Shown here piece by piece: positions 41,201 to 50,301 of a stretch of DNA of 64,000 bases (the first letter of the stretch is position 1; each line of letters opens with the position of its first letter). The notes beneath the pieces were generated by a model. That model had not been told where the DNA came from. It made no database searches and saw nothing but the letters and a program-made list of their open reading frames with translations. Source of the stretch: Candidatus Latescibacterota bacterium (GTDB lineage: Bacteria; Latescibacterota; UBA2968; SICM01); NCBI GenBank assembly GCA_965217865.1, contig CBDCJO010000002.1, forward strand, positions 2,112,001 through 2,176,000. Direction: 5' to 3'. The position numbers and the translations under genes are program-made.

Positions 41201-42906
41201 CCGCCGGCCCCCCTCGCCGTTCTTATGGCCCCGCTCGAGGTCCCCAGTTTCCGGTAGACGATCAGGACGCTGTCCGCCGGCTCGCTGAGCAAGAAGACCA
41301 CGGGAGATGTCGCGGCGTTGAAGGTGTCCTTGTTGGACCCTGCGATCGTCCGGGGGAAATAGGACCCGAACGAGAGCGGGGTGGAGTCGAATGTCGCTCC
41401 GTTTCTGGTCACTTTGGTCGTGTTCCCCACGGAGTCCGTGGCGGCCAGGATCACATCGACAGCCGAGCCCGCCGCTGCCGGGGAGGTGATCGTCCCTTCA
41501 ACCGAAAACCCATTTCCCAGGGTATCAGCTACATCCATGGTGAATGTACCGGAGCCCTGGATTTCTCTGGCAGCCCCGCGGGTCCAGGTCCGGGTGTCCC
41601 CGTCCTTCTTGATCTCCACCGTGAACGAGTCGGCGATCTCATCCAGTTTCCATTCGATCGGCTGCGCAGCGAACACCTTCTCTTCAAGCGCGTCTCCGCT
41701 GAAGTTGATCACGCTGTGGAGGTAACTCTTCACACCCGTGAACCAGCCGACTTCGCCGTTTTCTGATATAGAGGGTGTTGTGACCTCGAGCCCAGGAGCC
41801 TGTACGTCGATCTTGACCCACCGTCTAACTGTCGGCGTGAAATAAGCTGGGGGACCTCCAGGGCTCTCCCCCGCTATGTTTCCTGCCATGTCCGTCACCG
41901 CCGCACGCGGGTATACGTCAAGTTTGCCCGTGAACTTAAGGGCCGGATCCAACGTGATCGTCTTTCGTGCGATGGAACCGGCAGAATGATTAGTGATCAC
42001 GTAGGCGGTCGCGATATGATCCGCCGAGAGAGTGTCCCCCGCGTTTTTGGTGATACTCGCATTCAGGAAGTCCAAGGCACTGAATTCGACCTTGATCCTC
42101 GCATCCGCCGCCGTGGCATCCAAGGTGTCCACCAGAACCGTTATACCCCGCACCCCGGCCCCTTGGGCCGCCTGGTTGATGAATTCTTGCTCAACCACCA
42201 CATTGATGCCCATCACCTCCCCCGCCCTGTACCCGAACCGAGCAGAGTCGTCGCTTGCTGTTGTGTTCGCCAGCAGGCGAGGAATGTATCCCCTGTTCGT
42301 GGCCACATCAGACCCGTCGTGGTCTTCCGCTGTTTGCACATCCGGACGGATATTGGCATCCAAATAGACGTATCTGATATTTGCCGCGTTATTGGGGCGT
42401 TGCCCATCGATCCCGAACGTCTTGCCGTCACCGACCTTTCCCCTGCTAGGATCCACCGCGACTGCGTTGTTCGTATTCAGGCTGATGAACCGCACCGGGT
42501 TTCCCCCTTCAGGGGCTTCTACCTCCGCAGTGACAGCAAGAAGGCTTATATTCTCCGGATCTCCCGCCGCGACGACAAAGCTCGCCCGGAAGGTGGGCGG
42601 ACCACCTACCCTCGTGATGTCTGCCGCATCGGCCTCAAACTGAGAGCCAATAGCAGCGAGAGATGAGTCTGCATCCGTACTGGACTCGGCTTGCACGATC
42701 CGGACTACTACCCTGGCCGGCTGTGGCGCCAGCGTGTTGATCACCCTGACCACGACGGAGTCCCCGATGGCGACCACTTTACCGCTGTCCGGCCGATCAA
42801 CCCTGATGATTATACCCGCGGTGATCTGACCCGTCGCCGAGGAACTGATGCCCAACACGAGCAGCACCCCCAGCAAAAGGCCACAAAATCGTTTAACTTG
42901 CATCAT
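38236..42906 (-). CDS. Large secreted surface/S-layer-like protein with Ig/FN3-like, dockerin/EF-hand-like, cohesin-like and FlgD-Ig CTD modules (1556 aa)
   Basis: Signal peptide, GGGAGG RBS, paired DLDDFFxFSxxFG / DTNDDGKVD motifs, cohesin-like VTVSDAVDLKGYGFTLTYD, NYPNPFNPETTI...KKLMLLK. Confidence 0.85.
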   Translation of the reverse strand: MMQVKRFCGLLLGVLLVLGISSSATGQITAGIIIRVDRPDSGKVVAIGDSVVVRVINTLAPQPARVVVRIVQAESSTDADSSLAAIGSQFEADAADITRVGGPPTFRASFVVAAGDPENISLLAVTAEVEAPEGGNPVRFISLNTNNAVAVDPSRGKVGDGKTFGIDGQRPNNAANIRYVYLDANIRPDVQTAEDHDGSDVATNRGYIPRLLANTTASDDSARFGYRAGEVMGINVVVEQEFINQAAQGAGVRGITVLVDTLDATAADARIKVEFSALDFLNASITKNAGDTLSADHIATAYVITNHSAGSIARKTITLDPALKFTGKLDVYPRAAVTDMAGNIAGESPGGPPAYFTPTVRRWVKIDVQAPGLEVTTPSISENGEVGWFTGVKSYLHSVINFSGDALEEKVFAAQPIEWKLDEIADSFTVEIKKDGDTRTWTRGAAREIQGSGTFTMDVADTLGNGFSVEGTITSPAAAGSAVDVILAATDSVGNTTKVTRNGATFDSTPLSFGSYFPRTIAGSNKDTFNAATSPVVFLLSEPADSVLIVYRKLGTSSGAIRTARGAGGGNPNIDLTSTTVTQKVDIDVDSLDDKTFYALQLFGRDRAYNWTVTEPPDTLFYDVGFQAAQPDSIRVEVTSNDTVVVGDGSGVTLQVTGWDTVLKANSPDYNPNGVLVTVWSSDETADLSGVHISGMGVTEQPALIEGGRRRATLGPQWILGSRSITVSNMVVQDRIFVNVMDTVSAVHSSGKSAGLVYEAGQMTKYRLMASSLDTTDEQAGRAFLVHVQPQDKFGNPSLKQADLIYTDSSGGNALEVIYLEFSSNYEGLGVPQGPQTIGSAGWTEFSFQAPNVNDEVLITAVTTNLDQFMDGTSAQAQAIGTLYVRITGGPVGPQLPGDPTVLKPDTLVVENYMGADGMGDQGGFVLATWPNTTQHGRLSAYRIWRFIQVNHGLDDSGALTELTASAGEWVPWAKVDAVPPIAAAQAVSRAVIPTLDNQQTRWAITAEMGGKPSDATLSLAKVVYSAESVKQTLALLGIRSVMPAEEVLNIFGPSYEYRTSILGDRKDLLLGVLDLDGLRKTAMRLPEGIRAQVAQVRASAATVAAGLAAGTDDLPPAAVSGEEATTDDREVTLTWEVSVDDRIVGLTPYRGYITPIPGVRTYEILRGPDDENLEVVASLSAGSGSFSEVVPEEFGDEFVYRIDATDLDNTTLGQPVLVSFERRRIQYFTATSTPVFLMLAEGDPHFNLVADLDDFFEFSYNFGQDDAAGNPVLNPQADTNDDGKVDLDDFFAFSVSFGLEAEAPSTESAGKIAVQMPAFGANRETGLELKLASARVLPGQPVQVDVTVSDAVDLKGYGFTLTYDAQKFELVEVTPGDDNLLTQGGVTPVFLEVTGPGKVQVANAISGEGSVAGSGTVAQFVFNVKGEFEDAVRFEIDNGILVDGDRLLNPVLTLDVLEIQTTPTEFALRQNYPNPFNPETTIKFDLAESGQVELRIYNMVGQVVRTLVDENQAAGRYSIRWDGRDDRGLTVSSGIYFYSLRADKFRAVKKLMLLK

Positions 42907-43421
42907 CGACCTCCCGAAAAAATGGACACCTGGACAAAGGATCGACCCCCTGCTATCACATCTTATGAGTCCTCAAACCGCCCCTTTGTTGAGATCCCGC
43001 GCAACGCGCGAAACAGATTTACACAAGAACATTGTGTGGGGTTACGAAAGGTGGATCCCAGAGGGCATCAAACCTTGCTATCGTCGCTGACGCAACCCCT
43101 CCCTTCTTGAGTTTCCTTTATTTGTGATTCTGTAATTCATTAATTCACCGTCTCGATCAATTTTAAAAGTTGTGATCCGAAAAGCAATCGTCCAAACCGT
43201 TCAAAGATCATATGACCCGCAACACCTCCTTACCGAAAAGTAATTAAACAAACGATCACACATGCAAGCCACAGAACTCCCCTGATTTCAGAGCGGCCTG
43301 AATGATGACGTTACGGAATTCTTTATAAAATTGATGATGGGGTCGGGTGCAAAAACCACATCACCCCCAGAATCCGGCAGAACAAACCCAAACAAGCTAA
43401 GTGACCTAATAAACAGCACTA

Positions 43422-43450
43422 AGTATATAATATCGAACTTTAAATGTCAA
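43422..43450 (-). promoter_or_regulatory. Near-consensus sigma70 promoter for the surface-protein operon
   Basis: TTGACA-17 bp-TATACT within an AT-rich intergenic region. Confidence 0.75.
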
Positions 43451-43700
43451 GTGGTTTTTCGGTTTAGGCACCAAATATTTCTTTTAAACTTTGACCCGGG
43501 GTCAAGCCCAAACTTAATTGTATGAAATAATTCTTGATCTGTCAAGTTTTTTTTGTCGATGCGAATCGTCAAAGTTTGTGAAAGATAAAAGAATGGGGGT
43601 TGAACACAATATGTTGAATAAACATAAATTACAACTACAAGATATTGAACGATCGGGGATAAAAAAATCACGGATATTTCCTTGAAATTACTCCAATCCT

Positions 43701-46172
43701 TTAACCGGATCGGTGACGAGCGTCACGTAATCTTAAAAATTCCCGGATCCAATCAAACTTGACAGCTAAAATAATCATCACTATCGATAAAAACGTGATC
43801 CATTTCCCGACCCGATAAGGCCATGAATCGTACGTGAAAACGACGCGATTTTCCCCACGCTCCAGAGGCACGGCTCGAAGTGTGGTATAGGCCCTTTGAA
43901 CCCCGACCACCTTCCCGTTCACCTCGGCCTTCCAGTAGGGCAGGAAGTTGTCCGAGAGAACGAGCACGCCCCGGCGCGACATGCTCGCCCGAAGCACAAC
44001 ACGATTCCCTTGGTATTTTAGTTCATCGACCCTTCCCGCGGGTCCCGCACCCCCGGGCATCTCCCTCCAGTCGGGATCCTCCTCCAGCAACACCGTGTTT
44101 CGGAAGTCCGCATCCCTGTTGACCAGGCGCTCCAGGATCCGCTCCGCACTCCCCACGACCTCATAGCCTCCCGCGATGAACGCGCGACTTGCCATGCTCG
44201 AATTTTCAACGACCTGGACATCCCCATCCTGGCCGTGTCGATATAAGATGTAACGAACGTTCAGAAGGTTTAAAAAAGTGTTTTCGACCGATGCCTCGTC
44301 TTCGCGCACGGACAGGCCCCGCAGAAGATTCCGATCGCGCTCCCCCCGAAAACTCCGGAACCATCGGGTCTCGTTGTCGTGGAATCCATTCACCCCCCCC
44401 ACGGTTTCAATTCTGTGAGCCCCGAGTTCATTTGGAGCGTGAAGACCGGACAGATCGAGCACACGGAATGGCCCGTCCTTTAACATCCGGTCCCGGATCC
44501 CTGCGATCAGCAGGCTCGTCCGAAAACCGGGTTGCAGATCGGGATCAACGATTTTGATGAACCCGCGATCGATCCGCCAGGTGTCGATCACGACCAGGAT
44601 CGCCAGGCCCGCAACGACCCAGAGGCCCGGGAGGCCCCGCAGCCTTGCCCAGGCCAGGGACAGGGTCCCCAACCCGATAATCGTTGCCATCACAATCCCC
44701 GTCCGAATCCCGGGATAGGCTGCCGCCAGAACCGTTCGCTTCTCGGGTGTGATCTCCTGATAGAACAACCCGATCCACAAATCGATCGTCGATCGGGTGA
44801 ATACGATGCCGATGACTCCTCCGATCAGGATGATCGCGCCGACGATCCTCAGGATTCGAACGTCACGTTCGGTCTTCAATCCGTTCTCCCGATTCAGAAC
44901 GTGATCCACCCCGACCGCGCCCAGCGTGCAGGCGCAGAAGGCATAGAGGAATGCGATCATCCCCTGCGCACGGAAATTCTGGACTCCGGGAAGCCATTCG
45001 TAACACAGCCCGAAAAGGGGCGTATGGTAGGTCAAGGCATAGGCGAGAGCCAGAATCCCTCCGCTCAAAAAGAACCACTTCCTTCTATCCTCTCGGCAGG
45101 CCAGGCCCAGGACAGCGAAAATAAGGGGGATGATCCCCGCGTACTCCGAATTGAGCTTGAAGGGGTTCCGGCCCCAGTAAGTGTCGTCGTCCTTATCCAC
45201 GTATCCGACGAAGTCCGGTACGACCAGCGAGGCGATCTCCTCGGGATGCAGGGAGAATGAGGTCGCGTGCTCGAAACTCGTCTTCTCCGCGGTCCCGCGA
45301 ACCGAATAATTGTTGACATATATATATGTAGGGAGGAGCTGCAGGGCCCCCACGGCCAGGGTCAGTCCCATCGCAACCGAGAAGGCGCAGCCCAGTTTTA
45401 CGGCCTCTCCATATCGCCCGGCCGACCCCTGGGTTGTTTTAAGATCCCTCAAAAGAATGAATAACCGGAACAAAAAGTAGAGCCCGACCCCCCATAGCGC
45501 GAAATAAGCCATCTGGTTATGCGAGCTTAGAATCGATAAACCGGCCACCCCACCGAGCGTTGCGAAATAACGAAACCGCCTCGTCTGAAACCCCCTTTCC
45601 AAACAATAGAATTGATAGGGAAGGAGCGCGATGACGTACATCTTGGCATCGTGGCCTGCGAATACGAAAGAGACCAGGGTCGGCGCAAACATATAAAACA
45701 GTCCGCCGATTGCCGCGGCTGCCTGGCGAAGCCCGAATGCCCTCAGGAAAAGGAACATTCCCAGGCCGGCCAGGAAGACATGAATCACCAGTTTGTACCC
45801 GAGGGCCCGGTGGAGGGGCAGCAGAAACTGTAAAATCGTGATCGGGTAGAATGTGTCCCCGTGCATGGCATCCACAAAAGGGAGTCCACCCAGGATAAAC
45901 CGGTCCCACAACGGCATGGCTGTATATTCCCGGACGAAATCCCGGTAAAGTCCGCGGAAAAATATGCCGGACGGGATCGTATCCGAGCCGAACAACATAT
46001 CTTCGGTCGCGACAAAATCAAAAAACAGGACCAGGGTGAGGACCAGATAGACACACACCACAAGCACCGAACCTCGCGGTCTACCATCCAATAGTCCGGC
46101 GTATTCGAGACCCGGACTTCCGGCCTTCTTTCCGATAGGCTCGGTCCTGCGGGTTCGTCTCGACTTTCCCAA
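43701..46172 (-). CDS. YfhO-family polytopic membrane protein (GT-C-like)
   Basis: PLWxxxxxGGLPF...FYP, many TM helices, NVRYI, and a C-terminal LVLSDNFxPxWKAxVNG...LRAV domain. Confidence 0.85.
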   Translation of the reverse strand: MGKSRRTRRTEPIGKKAGSPGLEYAGLLDGRPRGSVLVVCVYLVLTLVLFFDFVATEDMLFGSDTIPSGIFFRGLYRDFVREYTAMPLWDRFILGGLPFVDAMHGDTFYPITILQFLLPLHRALGYKLVIHVFLAGLGMFLFLRAFGLRQAAAAIGGLFYMFAPTLVSFVFAGHDAKMYVIALLPYQFYCLERGFQTRRFRYFATLGGVAGLSILSSHNQMAYFALWGVGLYFLFRLFILLRDLKTTQGSAGRYGEAVKLGCAFSVAMGLTLAVGALQLLPTYIYVNNYSVRGTAEKTSFEHATSFSLHPEEIASLVVPDFVGYVDKDDDTYWGRNPFKLNSEYAGIIPLIFAVLGLACREDRRKWFFLSGGILALAYALTYHTPLFGLCYEWLPGVQNFRAQGMIAFLYAFCACTLGAVGVDHVLNRENGLKTERDVRILRIVGAIILIGGVIGIVFTRSTIDLWIGLFYQEITPEKRTVLAAAYPGIRTGIVMATIIGLGTLSLAWARLRGLPGLWVVAGLAILVVIDTWRIDRGFIKIVDPDLQPGFRTSLLIAGIRDRMLKDGPFRVLDLSGLHAPNELGAHRIETVGGVNGFHDNETRWFRSFRGERDRNLLRGLSVREDEASVENTFLNLLNVRYILYRHGQDGDVQVVENSSMASRAFIAGGYEVVGSAERILERLVNRDADFRNTVLLEEDPDWREMPGGAGPAGRVDELKYQGNRVVLRASMSRRGVLVLSDNFLPYWKAEVNGKVVGVQRAYTTLRAVPLERGENRVVFTYDSWPYRVGKWITFLSIVMIILAVKFDWIREFLRLRDARHRSG

Positions 46173-46203
46173 CTTCTCTCTCCTTCTTCGCTAAAATTTT
46201 GAC

Positions 46204-46238
46204 AAAAAAAAGCAGGGTCACCTTATAGACCGCTGCCT
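46204..46238 (-). terminator. Rho-independent terminator
   Basis: GCAG(C)GGTC/GACCCTGC stem followed by a long T run on the minus strand. Confidence 0.6.
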
Positions 46239-46306
46239 GGTACGAGCCGTTAAATCCATCGTTGCGAAACGCGCGGGCCTTATGCCTGGCCCTTCAAACC
46301 AGCACG

Positions 46307-46960
46307 CTATGCGTCGGTGCTTTTCTCGATCCGTCCGATCTCGTCGCGAATTATAGCCGCCTGTTCATATTCCTCCCGGGCGACCGCCTCCTGAAGCCTG
46401 GATTTCAACTGGACAATCTTTTTTTCAACGGTATCCGGCTCTGCATCTTCTTTTTCATTCACCAGGGGTGGGGGTGGCTCGACATCGGCAAATTCGGGTA
46501 CTTCCGTTTTCTCCTCCGATATCAATTCGATAGACCCTTCGATTTCTGATTGCTTCTCGACGAGAACTCCGGCCTTCACCAGGACCTGCTCCGAAACGAA
46601 AATAGAGGCCCCGACCCTGAGGGCGAGGGCAATAGCGTCGCTCGGCCGTGAATCGATCTCCAGCTTGGACCCGTTCGATTCGATAGAGATCTCAGCGTAA
46701 AACGTGTCCTCTTTCAGGGCATTGATATGGATCTTCACGACCTTTGCATCCAGCCCATCCAGGATCGACTTGAGAAGGTCGTAAGTGATCGGTCTCGGTG
46801 GAGGGTCATTGGACAATTCCATATAGATGGCGCTGGCTTCGAACAACCCGATGCAGATGGGGAGATAGATCCGGGAGGGATCCTCCTTATCTTTCAGCCA
46901 GACAAGGGGACGGTTGGTATTTTGTTCGGGTTGAATTCCGCAAACGACCATTTCGACCAT
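46307..46960 (-). CDS. Bifunctional nuclease family (DUF151) protein with C-terminal UvrB/UvrC motif
   Basis: LPIxIGxFEA, RPITYDL, DSRPSDAIALA; AVAREEYEQAAIIRDEI. Confidence 0.9.
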   Translation of the reverse strand: MVEMVVCGIQPEQNTNRPLVWLKDKEDPSRIYLPICIGLFEASAIYMELSNDPPPRPITYDLLKSILDGLDAKVVKIHINALKEDTFYAEISIESNGSKLEIDSRPSDAIALALRVGASIFVSEQVLVKAGVLVEKQSEIEGSIELISEEKTEVPEFADVEPPPPLVNEKEDAEPDTVEKKIVQLKSRLQEAVAREEYEQAAIIRDEIGRIEKSTDA

Positions 46961-47177
46961 GGTCTTATCACCCTTTCTGAGAATGCCCATGCGAGATCGC
47001 TGGAAGGGACAGGAACCAGAACCAACCTGTAAAACTTAGAATCCCCAACCGAATTCGCATATCCCCCACCCAAACAGGGGACCAAACGGACTATAATTTA
47101 GTGAAAATCCCAGAAAAATCAAGAGGAAAGTGGTGGACAGATGCCTTCTCCAGGCGTCTCGTTTTCCTGGTTCGACC

Positions 47178-49144
47178 TCATTGTTTCACTTTGATCAAGG
47201 GCAGCCATTTTCCATCCTCTTGAATAAAATGCCTCTGTTCGAGCCTGGAGATCATCTCGGGTGTCTGGCTCTTGAGTAAACTTTCGAACAATCCCCGAAG
47301 CTAGGCGTCGGCGCAGGAGGATTTCAACTTTTTTCTCAAACAGGATTTGAATAGCTCGAAGTCTTCAACCCTTAAGGCCTGTTCCAGCGCGGATCTGGCC
47401 CCCTCCCAGGTCGAAAAGTCCGGAGGGCGGGCCACGAGATCGGCATAGGACGCCACAATCTCATTCGGAACCTCCGGAGGGGCATAGTAGACCTCGACGT
47501 TATGGAAGCCCCCAAGTTTTTGCCAGTGCGGGGGTGTGCGCTTTACAAACGGGGGGTAGGAGGAATACCCAAACTTGAAATCGCCGACCCCCTTGAACGG
47601 GTTCCGGTCCACAATCGCATAAGCATCCTGAATGTCCCGGATATCAACGGCGTTCTTAAGATGCCTCAATCGGTTCCCGGGCCCGCCCGGCGGATCTCGA
47701 TAGCCGTTCTCACGACCCAGTATAGTGTGACATGCGAAGGGGCCACCAACCCTCCGTCAAGAAGAGATCCTTTTTAGGTCTCCCCTTCAAGAGGTCATAA
47801 GATTCCCGGTACGGAGCAATGTGCTTAAGGCTCTTTGCGGCTTCCTTTTGTGTGATTCCAATCGAGGCCAGGAGGAGAAACAGGACCATAACCACACCGG
47901 AAGCGTTGCGGATCGGATGCGCCCGCCAATCCGAAATCATGCGGTCCGCCAAAAGCGCAACCAGGAGGATTCCCGGCATCGTCTGTAATGAGGAGGAATC
48001 TAGGCTGTTTTCTCAGTTGTTCGTACTTGCTCAGGCTGATCGTTCCATATTCCCCATACATATAGACGATGAACAACCACACGAGCGGGATCAGGAGTGG
48101 GGGCGTGTCCTCAAGAAACCTGAACCAATATGCCTGTGACGGGTTGCGGTCATTGCCCAACGCTTCTTCCTTCTTGGCGTCTTTCCAGGCCCTGATGATC
48201 CAATAGAAAAATGCCGGTATGATAAAATAATAAAAAAATCCCAACAGATAGGGACTGGCCAACGGGATCCGGGGGTAAAACGCATAGAGATCCATCCGCA
48301 CCACCTGCGTCTTGATCATCGGGATCATGAAGGTCAGGTTGCGGATGAACTCAGGGGGCTTGATATAACCCACTGCGGAGGCCTTAATCTTTTCCAACAG
48401 ACTCAGTTCGTAGAAGGGGTTCCCGGTCTTGATCGCATAAAAAAGATACAGGAGTCCCAAGGATAACCCGAAAGCACCGAATATCAACCAGACCCCTCGC
48501 TTCAGTCGGTGGCCGGAGAACGAAAAAAGGACAAAAAAAAGAAAGAAATAGACCGCCGTAACCCGGCACCGAAACGCGGCGAACATCGCCAACCCGCACA
48601 ATCCGTAGAGCCACATGGCCCTCCGCCGATCTGGAGCGGCTTCCCCTTCGATGAAAAAAAGGACCGCGAGCCCCATATAAAATGAGATCGCGATGTCGGG
48701 CATGAGCTTTGTCGCGTAGAGCACATCACCGGGAAACACGGCCATGAGCATCGCCGAATACAGCCCAACCCGGTCCCCGAACAACCGCCGCCCGATCAAA
48801 AACAGAACCAGGATCCCGCCCAGAGAATAGGCGAACGAACCCCAAACTGCAGCAACCTCGCTTTGGCCGAACAGCCAGAAGGAAAGCACAACCGGGAGGA
48901 TGACCGGCCACCTCAGGGAGCGAAACTCGCTCTCTGAGGTGAAATAGGGCTCTTCACCCAGAATCTTGTCTACAAAACCACAGTAGGCGAAATCATCCGC
49001 CACGCAAAGCCCTAAAAAGAATACGATCCGAAGGGACAGGGCTACGGCCAAAATCAGGAGAAGCCCATGTAAAATTTTCGCCCCTGGGGGTCCTGGATTC
49101 TGCAACCGTGTCAACCCGACTCCCATCATGATGCCAATCCTCAA
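47178..49144 (-). pseudogene. GT39/ArnT-like (PMT-2) membrane glycosyltransferase, pseudogene
   Basis: DD-xx-Y, LFGxSE, PD and PRFLL motifs. Frameshifts near 47985 and 47716; an in-frame TAG at 47301-47303 is followed by 40 further protein-like codons (...EDGKWLPLIKVKQ). Confidence 0.78.
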
Positions 49145-49174
49145 TCGGACAAAGGTTTCGCACTTTGCAAAACT

Positions 49175-49370
49175 GCGTGGGGGTGATCGACAAACCGCTT
49201 ACCCCGAACATCGCGACCAAACCCTTAAACTAAAACCCGGTGAAGCATCTCGATGAAACGCAAAAGAATGGATAGCCCGAAGTAGAAATCTCTTAGAGGG
49301 AACAGGAGGGACCTACGCACGCGCGAAGAGCGGGACTGAAGCCACGGCCTTCAGGTCGTGCGGAAGCTGC
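49175..49370 (+). mobile_element. Possible IS200/IS605-family end remnant (no transposase or TnpB ORF)
   Basis: GAAGC-CACGGCC-TTCA-GGTCGTG hairpin resembling IS605 subterminal palindromes, plus an upstream GGGGT...ACCCC stem. Confidence 0.45.
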
Positions 49371-49374
49371 AATT

Positions 49375-49616
49375 ATGATGCGCGAACTCTCCATTCCTGG
49401 TCGGTATGGGCTTGGGAGAATCCGTCGCCATGGTCACGGACGGGCGCTATCAAGAGGGCCGTGTATTGGCCACGAGTGTCCCGAGGCGGCGATCGGGGGG
49501 GGCATTGGGCTAGGTGGAGGACGGCGATCCGATTCAGATAGACACACCGAATGGACGACTCGATCTGATGGTCCCCGAAGCCGAACTCCAGACCCGACGT
49601 TCCGCATGGCATCCCA
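49375..49616 (+). pseudogene. ilvD: C-terminal fragment of dihydroxy-acid dehydratase
   Basis: Across frames: MREL..., GMGLGESVAMVTDGRY, RGPCIGHECPEAAIGG, EDGDPIQID...ELQTRRSAW. Confidence 0.8.
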
Positions 49617-49630
49617 TCCCGGTGTTCTTC

Positions 49631-50260
49631 TTAAACCCTATCTTCCCCCAGCGCATTCCGATATTCCTTTACAGCAGCCATCACATCAGGAGCCGAGAGG
49701 ATCCCGGAGATCACCGCCACGCCGTGCGCCCCGGCCTCCACACATGGCTTGACCCGGTTTGGGAGGATTCCCCCGATCGCAAATACGGGAATCGACAGAA
49801 GGCGGGTAACGGTTTCTAGGTTTTGAAGACCAACGGGTTCGCCATATGCGGCCTTCGATGGCGTAAAATATACCGGTCCGTACGTGACGAAATCCGCCCC
49901 TTCATCCTCCGCCCGTCGGGCCTTATCCGGGTCGTGCGTGGAAACCCCAATGATTCCGCGCCCCCCCATCGCCTTTCGAGCAGCCGGAACAGGCATCCCG
50001 TTCTCGGGCAGATGAACCCCAAACGCCCCAACCGGACCTGCGATGTCCGCTCGATCGTTGATCAAAAGGCGCGCACCGATCCCTTCAACAAGGGAATAAA
50101 TCTCTTCGGCGAGGTCCCAGAATGCCTTGGTGCTGAGATCCTTTTCCCGGAGTTGAACAGCTCGGACGCCCGCTTCGCACGCGACCTGCAGAACCGATGC
50201 CAGACGACGACCCTCACATCGATGGCGATCCGTGATCAGGTAAAGACGAAAATCGACCAT
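49631..50260 (-). CDS. Thiamine-phosphate synthase paralog (ThiE/TenI-like)
   Basis: LYLITDR, VQLREK, INDRAD, GVHLP, GVSTH, TPSK, AIGGI. Confidence 0.85.
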   Translation of the reverse strand: MVDFRLYLITDRHRCEGRRLASVLQVACEAGVRAVQLREKDLSTKAFWDLAEEIYSLVEGIGARLLINDRADIAGPVGAFGVHLPENGMPVPAARKAMGGRGIIGVSTHDPDKARRAEDEGADFVTYGPVYFTPSKAAYGEPVGLQNLETVTRLLSIPVFAIGGILPNRVKPCVEAGAHGVAVISGILSAPDVMAAVKEYRNALGEDRV

Positions 50261-50301
50261 CCAGACACCGTTCGGCCCCAGCAGAAAACGCCAACTCCCT
50301 T

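Noticed and set aside
47301-47303. In-frame TAG as pyrrolysine or recoding
   Set aside because: The same gene has two frameshifts, and TAG is a normal stop elsewhere in the window (e.g. pntB, holA), so a nonsense mutation is simpler.
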